Assembly (NCBI RefSeq): GCF_963853765.1 | Contig: NC_088859.1 | Coordinates: 51,708,001-51,772,000 of the forward strand | Length of the DNA: 64,000 nucleotides | DNA from: Magallana gigas | Taxonomy: Eukaryota | Reading direction: 5' to 3' | In this document: piece after piece, positions 56,601-64,000 of the stretch | Layout: the number at the start of each line of letters is the position of its first letter | Position numbering within the stretch: the stretch's first letter is position 1 | The notes under the pieces: model-generated | Seen by the model: the letters and a program-made list of their open reading frames with translations, nothing else | What the model was told of the DNA's origin: nothing | Database searches by the model: none | Program-made: the position numbers and the translations under genes

Positions 56601-57007
56601 ATCATGTGTAAAACTTCGACACCCCCCCCCCCCCAATTGTGGCCCAATCCTACATCCGGGGTCATGATTTTAACAAATTTACATTACCTGAGGATGCTTT
56701 CACACAAGTTTCAGCTTTCCTGGCTAATTAGTTCCTGAGAAGAAGATTTTTAAATATTGATAATATAAATTTTTATGTAAAACTTCGACCCCCCTCCATT
56801 GTGGCCCATCTTTCTCCCAGGGATCGTAATTTTCACAACTTTAAATCCACACAAGATTCAGCTTTTCTGGCCAAATTGTTCTTGAGAAGAAGATTTTCGA
56901 AATTTTCTTAAAAATTTTCAATAATTCCTAAGTAACTCCCCTTGAAATAGGGCGTGGTCTTTAATTTTCACTATCAATCCTCTTTGCCTAAAGATGCTGT
57001 GTGCCAT

Positions 57008-57040
<33 letters not shown>

Positions 57041-58777
57041 CGATGTCGAAAATTTGAATAGTTTAAGGACAGACAGATAGACGGACAGACAGACGACAGA
57101 CAAAATGTGATCAGAAAGCTTACTTGAGCTTTCAGCTCAGGTGAGCTTAATGCCCTTTTTTCCAAAATAACCTATAAACATCGTGCATTTATCTTCAGTT
57201 AACATTGTATTTTGAAAAGGAGATTTCCTTACCCATTAAGATAGGGACGCAAAACATTGTAAAAGACATCTGCATCAAGCTCATCTAAAACAAATCAAAG
57301 TAAATAATCTTTGATCACCTAATGGACGTGTACAAAATCATGTGGCTTAATAGAACACCTAGCATCTTAACTTTAGGTACACTGTTTTTCTTTATGAGAC
57401 TGTGAGATGAAGAATTGTATATTATATATTATTTTAATACATATTTTATATATAAGTTTAAAAATTCAAATAAAAAATATAGAGGTTCAACTGGGGATTG
57501 AACCCTGGCCGCTGGAAGTGATGACCACTGTCTTATCCAGTAGGCTACGGATGCTTATGTAACAAGATGTGTTTTATTTTATTACATCATACTATTGTTA
57601 GTTAATCTATAGGAAAATGGTTTGAACATTTTGAACACATATGTGAATTAGTATTATTTTGAATATGATAATGTAAGGTACTTTTCATATAGTGTATGGA
57701 TATTAATAGTTTTTTTTGAAAGCAATTTTATAAAGAAATTGATTTTGTTAGATTTTCAATTATCATAGAGATTATATTACTAAAACCGATTTGGTTTGAC
57801 TTTTCCGATCGCGTCGCGTTCAACTTTTTCAGCTACGTCATACATAAACAATACCCACACCTTAACCACAGTTTTTTTATTGGTGGATTCAGCTTACCGC
57901 TGATTGGCTGCTGGTTAACTAAGACTAAATTATGCACGAACAGAACAACAACATATCAGAGAATGAAAAATTCACATGGGTACTCGTGACTGTCGAAATT
58001 GGGCTATTTTAAACAATACATACGGTACATAACATATATAGCTGTAGCTCTGTGTATAAATTTTGGGTTAGAAAATATAAAGCTACAGTGCATACAATAC
58101 TTACATGTACAAAAAAACTTTACGGCAATTTGCCGCGTATAAAAATAACACTATTTTTAAAAAATATTTACATCATACCATACCACATTTTGTGCAAATA
58201 ATCCCTTTAAATAATTCTTCATTTAGTTTACTACTGTTAATAATTGTAGCTTTACCCGCCCCAAACTTTCTCCTATTAAACAACCTTTAACCGTACTCGG
58301 AAAGCGGATCAAGAACTGTATTTTTTATGTATGTAAACAAACCAGTGTTCATGTATGGAGCGGGTGATCGGGGGTTCAGAGACAGGTAAAATAAAGAAAT
58401 CTGCAGTAAATGGTTTGTGGATATTTTAGTATATATATTTACACCGAAAGTGATAGGGCAACAGAAGAGAAACGAATCGGACACTTGCCTAATGAAGACG
58501 CACATGTACAAACCTCCTTGCACTCTCCACTTCCGTCTCGTTCTTTCACACCATCGTTCAATACTTTTATTGACTGTCGATTGCCGATCGAAAGGTGTAG
58601 AAATCGAGGAATTCATACCTATCACTTTGACTGGCAAGTTAGTAGGTAATACATGTGCATTATACATTTACGGTATTTACATGAAATGAACGCTTAGCAC
58701 ATGCAACTTTTAAATATTATATTTTTTATAACGCCGTACTCTGGACCGTAGCTTGAGGCTATGGTTTAACGCCCGTT

Positions 58778-58821
<44 letters not shown>

Positions 58822-61800
58822 AGCACAGAATTTAAACATACGGGATAGTCGATTTTTAATGAATAATATTGGGGGGAAATAAACTTCTGAGAAATCCTTC
58901 AGCTCTGGCATTGCATAAGCGTATACTGATAACTCGGCCTAAAAATAGTTTTCACACCGGCGGCGTGTATAATTTATGCATGACGTAGCTGACAGAAATG
59001 ATCGTGACGCTATAGGAAAAGTCAAACCAAATCGGTTTTCATAATAAATTTCGGACAATAGCCATTTTGTTTGTGACCATTGCTGAGGCCAGTTGTGAGT
59101 TGAGAAAACTTTTGTAAGTAAAATAATTGTACTGCTACTATATTGTATTGAAGTAAAGTTAGTTTTTTTATCAGTAATTATATCAAAGTAATCATTGTAT
59201 CACAGATGAGAGTATATGTTGAAATTATCAAGAAAGTTTACAAAGTTTAAAGGTTTCACAGTGAATTGTACTCATGATTTGAATACAGACTAATGTTTGA
59301 AAAGGGTACAGTGATATTGATTTTACATATATTTTTATACAATTATAGACATGCATATTTTGCATAGTTACATGTCTAAATGGTTTGTTTCAGATATTAT
59401 CTACCAGTACATGTAATACAGTTCCTTTCACCCTTATTCAGGGTAGGTACATGTGTACTTGAGAAATTATTGACTATGGCATTTACATATTGTCAGAGTA
59501 TATTTTTAATCTGCAACATTGCATATTCAATATTGTAATAGGGTTATTTCTTTTTATGACCATCATTTATTAAATATAAGATAATTAGAAAAACAATATT
59601 TCGTAATTGAACATATGTGTCATTATAGTAATTGAATCAATTGTGATGCTTTATGATTGTGAAGTTTATATGTGTATTATGTTTTGTAGGAGCGTCACCA
59701 TAATAATAATAATATCAACAATAAACGAAGTACATCTACCGGTATACCATACTCGTTTGTTACAAGACAAAACAAAGACATGGCACATCAAACAAGAATA
59801 ATTACCGTGCATTCTAGAAAATGTCTCCTTTAGTATTGTCATCACATTTTTGATTTCCGCCATGGAATTCTGGTATCCTTTGACGTCATCATTGTACGCA
59901 GTGGAAATAGCTTTGATGATGTGCTTTAAAGAACCAATATGAACACTGATGCATAATAAATTAAATCAAATTCCTGTTAATTATTATGAAAATATTAACT
60001 GCACTCTCTCCCTAAAGCAACAAAAGAAATACAAACAAACAAACCGTAATGGCAGGAGCGAATTTGTATTCTATCATGGCGGTGACTATGATGAACCATT
60101 CGGCCTGCCTACCCCCCGGAACGACGTGATACAGACAGCTGAGGTTCCTGTTACACGGACAGACAGACGTACACCGATCACAAACAACATAACAAACGAA
60201 CTGTGGTTTGTGTTAAAAAGATATCATCTCAGAGACTTTAAAATGAAGCAAGGTACTTACGATAAATCCACAGGCCTGTAAAATGAGAGTTTAATAAGCT
60301 TTCAGGCATTTTGTTTGTGTGACATTTCGCATAAAATGTAAAGGAACATATGACAGACTGTGGTGTGAGTTTACCTGTTTGGATCTTTGATTTTGACGTT
60401 AGCGAGACAAAGTGCGGGATGGCAAATAACTGGTTGGAGACCAAGACGTTTAGACACCGCACACCAAGGCACTGCCAGGGCCCGGGGTAATACCTGATAC
60501 AATAAAACAATATATCAGGAATGTGAAATGGAAAAGGCAATGAGAAGGCTTGGTAAAACATCTGACACAATGTATAATATATATAAGGAATATACTTTTG
60601 AAAACTTTAGGCACTGTATTTAAGGGCCCAGGGTAAAAACTGATGCAATATAATAGCGTTTACAGAAACCTTAGACCGCAACTAATACATCATACAATGA
60701 TACATCAATACACCATGCAACTCTCCAAGAATATTAAGTCGGTAGATGGAGAACCTTTGGAACCCCTTGGTCGCCTTCCTGCCAGATGTACCCAGTGGCA
60801 ATGGCACCCAGCACTACATGAGCGAGTCGAAGTTCACGGTACGACGTCAGGCGCTCGTGATCAAGTAATGGCAGCTAAACAGAAAAACCGAGTGGTCAGT
60901 GTGTAAATAGTCATCAGGTTTACGAGAGATTTCGGAAACTAATTAAAATTCTATCGTCCGAGCATAATTAACTGAGTGACTTTACAGCTTTAGGTATCTG
61001 CAGTATTTATTATCTTCACATTAATTTACATTTAAAGTAGATCCAGTGTTCTGTGACGTCATACTTTTTTGTAAAACTTTGAATTCTTTTAAAATTGTGC
61101 AAGATGGTTTTATTTATTTTATTTGAATATAATCACATGGATGTAATTAGAATTATTGGTAGGTTCAAGATATTTTCGCACTTAATTTTATACTAAATTT
61201 CCAAATTTTTATATATTTTATCTATGCAAAAGGGAAATAACTCTTTTTCTGACTTTTCTCTCAGGTGTATGTCTAAATGCTATAGTTTTTCTTATTCCAA
61301 CGATTAATTTTGAAATATTTTTGTAATTTTAGTTTTCTGATAAAGTTGACATTAAAATTAAACAAGAAAAACAAATTTCTGCCTACAAGATTTTACTTTA
61401 AACAGAATAAAATACATTTTTCTAATGGTAAAATATGCTTTAGTTTATGTTTATCTGGCATCCCAAAAAGTGTGATGACATATATATTTTTTCTAACAAT
61501 TGATGACATTTAAGTCTATTAAGTCGAAATCAGTTCGGTTTTTCAACTTTCCTCAGAGAATTTTACGAGTATGGAGCTACCTTAATTGATTTTGTGAAAC
61601 TTGCTGATTGGTCTATGAAAATTAGAAAAAAAGAATATATGAAAATTAAAAAAGAATATCATCGATTACCTTTTGAACTTTTTCCCGCAAAGTTTTATCC
61701 TGGCTTGATAACTTTGGTGCCTCTTTTGCAAGAGAGTTCCATTCCCCAAAGTACTCGGGCAGTCGTTCCTAGAATATTTCAATCGGTATAAGTTTTTGTC

Positions 61801-61917
61801 CCCTGTTGTCCGCCTTAGTTTTAATAGTTGTATACATACCAGTGGTTTGTCGAGAAGAAACCCCATAGTACTAGATATCCCATAATCCTTGAGGTTTACT
61901 CCAGTGAGCTTAGCCAT
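53637..61917 (-). CDS. IDO: Indoleamine 2,3-dioxygenase family heme protein, 14 coding exons, 392 aa. Exons 61840-61917, 61670-61768, 60755-60874, 60375-60493, 60261-60275, 60045-60147, 59806-59923, 57233-57284, 56191-56260, 56025-56100, 55835-55933, 54738-54828, 54530-54609, 53637-53695
   Basis: All 13 introns are GT..AG; lengths sum to 1179 nt in one frame. Motifs: [69 protein letters not shown] (proximal heme His), [13 protein letters not shown]. These align with human IDO1 as I recall it. Confidence 0.95.
53735..54512. repeat. 27-bp minisatellite (caagagaatatggagaagtccatttta), ~28 units with higher-order duplications, filling IDO intron 13
   Basis: Direct periodicity; accounts for the repetitive ORFs 53665-54668 in the ORF track. 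Confidence 0.95.
54530..54609 (-). CDS. IDO: IDO coding exon 13 ([26 protein letters not shown])
   Basis: ttacAG / GTaagt; KGTGG motif. Confidence 0.9.
54738..54828 (-). CDS. IDO: IDO coding exon 12 ([31 protein letters not shown])
   Basis: attAG / GTaagc; proximal His (human H346 equivalent). Confidence 0.92.
55000..55720 (+). mobile_element. Crypton-like non-autonomous remnant in IDO intron 11
   Basis: Frameshifted reading [18 protein letters not shown]...[19 protein letters not shown] resembles the N-terminal segment of animal Crypton ORFs as I recall them; internal inverted repeat tcaatctcatagacgg / ccgtctatgagattga. Boundaries approximate. Confidence 0.45.
55835..55933 (-). CDS. IDO: IDO coding exon 11 ([22 protein letters not shown]...RQY)
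   Basis: ttttAG / GTaagg. Confidence 0.92.
56025..56100 (-). CDS. IDO: IDO coding exon 10 ([25 protein letters not shown])
   Basis: ttacAG / GTactc; GGSA-QSS distal loop. Confidence 0.92.
56191..56260 (-). CDS. IDO: IDO coding exon 9 ([23 protein letters not shown])
   Basis: tgaAG / GTgtgt. Confidence 0.9.
56306..57150 (+). mobile_element. HINE-like element in IDO intron 8
   Basis: aacaagaggcccatgggcc start; subterminal inverted repeat gctcacctgag (56330) / ctcaggtgagc (57136); GACA/GACG microsatellite. Confidence 0.7.
57233..57284 (-). CDS. IDO: IDO coding exon 8, 52 nt ([18 protein letters not shown])
   Basis: ttttAG / GTaagg; carries the substrate-binding Arg (human R231 equivalent). 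Confidence 0.92.
57775..59047. mobile_element. TIR element in IDO intron 7 (aaaaccgatttggtttgacttttcc ... ggaaaagtcaaaccaaatcggtttt), contains (AG)n
   Basis: 25-bp perfect inverted repeat plus subterminal cagctacgtca / tgacgtagctg. Confidence 0.7.
59806..59923 (-). CDS. IDO: IDO coding exon 7 ([10 protein letters not shown]...ETFSRMH)
   Basis: ttaaAG / GTaatt. Confidence 0.88.
60045..60147 (-). CDS. IDO: IDO coding exon 6 ([34 protein letters not shown])
   Basis: taacAG / GTttgt. Confidence 0.9.
60261..60275 (-). CDS. IDO: IDO 15-nt micro-exon 5 (R-PVDL-S)
   Basis: cattttacAG | GCCTGTGGATTTATC | GTaagt; phase 2/2. Confidence 0.85.
60375..60493 (-). CDS. IDO: IDO coding exon 4 ([39 protein letters not shown])
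   Basis: atcAG / GTaaac. Confidence 0.92.
60755..60874 (-). CDS. IDO: IDO coding exon 3 ([23 protein letters not shown]...GVPK)
   Basis: gtttAG acceptor; weak GTtctc donor at the position homologous to the human junction. Confidence 0.9.
61670..61768 (-). CDS. IDO: IDO coding exon 2 ([14 protein letters not shown]...LREKVQK)
   Basis: ttctAG / GTaatc; matches ENLPDFYNDW...LRERVEK. Confidence 0.9.
61840..61917 (-). CDS. IDO: IDO coding exon 1 ([26 protein letters not shown])
   Basis: ATG at 61917; donor GTatgt; GF(L/A)L motif of the IDO N-terminus. Confidence 0.88.
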
Positions 61918-62239
61918 TCACTAACTTTTGCTGTGTAAATGATCAAGAGCAAATCTATCTGAAAATTATTTAGTGTGTAGGTGAACAACGCACTACGAGG
62001 GACATCGTGACATTAGAACCAAGAAATACGGAAGCTCTTCTCCCCGTGAACAAGGACTCCATTCACTATTTACTAGTGTTTAATCGAGTCGCCAAATTGC
62101 TTCCTGTTTCCTTTGATATAACGAGAAATAGTCCGTAGAGTTAACTTTTGTATTATGAAATTTTCTTTAAGGGGGATGTGCGGCCATTTTTTGTACATTT
62201 TAGGATAAGAATGTAAATATTTCTTAATCTGGCTTGTTT

Positions 62240-62504
62240 CACAGGGGCTCGGTTGTTAGACACTGAAATGTATAACAATTTATTCCCGAATAAAAAAAAT
62301 ATACATAATGGTCATTCAATATATGTTCTATGGTATCGAAATAAAATCCGCCGTTAAACATTTTTTAAAACGACGATAAAGGGCGATTTTAACGGCGGAT
62401 TTTTTTCGATACCATAGAACATATATTGAATGACAATTTATGTATATTTTTTATTCGGGAATAAATTGTTATACATTTCGGTTTCTGACAACCGAGCCCC
62501 AGTG
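62240..62504. repeat. Long near-perfect palindrome (~115-bp arms, ~30-bp loop) upstream of the IDO start
   Basis: ggggctcggttg...aatccgccgttaaa pairs with tttaacggcggatt...caaccgagcccc. Confidence 0.9.
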
Positions 62505-63399
62505 CACCAGACCGGTCTATTGTGTGTACATCGAATCGCACCTGTAAATACAGTATACTTGAAAATACCACTCATTTTGACTTCCGTACAGATAGCCTTG
62601 TAGCTGTAGACAAAATTCGTCACACTAATTCAGCTTAAGAGTGCAAGCTAATCGGCAACTTCGTTACTATTTATAACACCCCACAGTGAAAGGGGGAGGC
62701 TGATGATGTCATAGACAGGGGCGGATCCAGTTTTAAGCAGGGGTCCTGGGGGGCAAAGCCTCCGGAAGCTCTTGGATTCTAGAGATTTTGTTGAGGTTAA
62801 AATGAAGCTTTCAAAATTAGACTTTTGCGATATTTACAATTTAAAGGTTTACATTTAAAGGTTTGCAAGGACAGATCCAGGATTTGAAGTCAGTGGAGGT
62901 GCTCGTTTTAGGCAGGGGGTCTGCCGGGAGGAGGGGGGCGCCATGGGGCCGCCAGTGGATCCAGGGCAAAGCTTTGGTGGCACTGGTGGTCCTGGGGCGA
63001 AGCCTCTGGAGGCTCCTAGATTCTATGGATTTTGTAGGGTAAATGAAGTCTTCAAATTTATCTTTTTGTGCATGATGTTTCTTCTTATGAGTATTATTAC
63101 ATTAAAGTAAAACAATTGTTTACAATTGTTAGAGGTTTGTATATTTAAGACCTGTAGTCATCCCATCAAAATACTATGCCTTGCAGAAATATAAGAAACA
63201 TTTCCTACTACAGTATTTTTTTTCTCACGAATAGCTGTAAATTAATCGGTTTATAAAGATTCTAGTTCAATGGGACGATGTGAGTGAAGTTTATAAAAAG
63301 ATAACGATGCCAGCTTGTATAATAATAAACGTGGAAGAGTCGTTAAAAACACTAGCTAGTCCAACCGATTACTTTAAAGTGGGCGATTGGTCACATTTG

Positions 63400-64000
63400 A
63401 ACCCAATAACAAGGAATATTGGAAGCTAAAAACGTCGGTCCATTTTGATACACAATATTGTAAAATTATTAACGAATTTTTTATTGATTTGTTTATATGG
63501 TATTAAGCTAGAAATAAATCCAAACATTAAGTGGGAATTTGCCAAACTTTAAGTGACTTAAAGTGAACAATTAAAGTGTCAGTTATTGCATAGAAAAAAG
63601 CAAAAATACGAAACGAAAAACACAACTTATTGAGAGTGAATTAGAGCAAGTAGAAAATCAACATCATTCAAATATCAATATGGTACGGAAAAAGATTTAG
63701 ATAATCAATTAGACACTTTATATGAAATTAAATTAAAAGGAGCACAAAAAGGACAAGAACCAAATGGATAGAAGAAGGAGAAAAAAACATTAATCGTACT
63801 TTTTAAGACTCGAAAATAAACATCAGTGGAAAAATGTTATCAATCGAGTCAGTAGTGCGGGATCAACCAATGTAAAAAATTTGTGAAATTTTAAATCGGC
63901 TGTGCAATTTCTCTGTAAATTATTACTCATCAAAAGATATACCGATAAATGAAATTCAATCATATCTTGTCCAAATTAATACAACCTCTGTGTTGTCAGA
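63400..64000 (+). mobile_element. Decayed L1/Tx1-clade LINE ORF2 fragment (endonuclease-RT linker)
   Basis: Frameshifted peptides YWKLKTS, NIKWEFAK, LDTLYEIKLKGAQ, RTKWIEEGEKN, YFLRLENK match the L1/Tx1 pattern WKLN..., GA.IRSR.KW.EEGEK..KYF..LE. Confidence 0.75.

Noticed and set aside
57482-57555. Functional tRNA gene
   Set aside because: Only A/B-box-like motifs are present; acceptor and anticodon stems do not pair convincingly.

Overview
AT-rich, repeat-dense animal genomic DNA with two short N gaps. The repeat families and gene structures point to a bivalve mollusc, probably an oyster (inference). I reconstructed four protein-coding genes by hand, two of them almost invisible in the six-frame ORF track. 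(1) A synaptotagmin-15-like tandem-C2 gene on + (coding exons 15081-32407, 5' end uncertain). (2) A GT31 beta-1,3-galactosyltransferase-like gene on + with a single main coding exon (36747-37826). (3) An intronless 602-aa protein of unknown family on - (44328-46136), with a possible death-fold N-terminus, a TPR-like helical core and an acidic tail carrying an exact PVQET TRAF-binding-type motif. (4) A complete 14-exon indoleamine 2,3-dioxygenase (IDO) family gene on - (53637-61917, 392 aa), including a 15-nt micro-exon. The rest is introns and intergenic DNA holding a 52-bp satellite (~53 copies), a 27-bp minisatellite, Helentron/HINE-like elements, MITEs with visible TIRs and TSDs, a Crypton-like remnant, long inverted repeats and a decayed L1/Tx1 fragment. 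No rRNA, intact tRNA or CRISPR array is supported. All family calls are by eye and from memory of reference proteins; no database searches were run.
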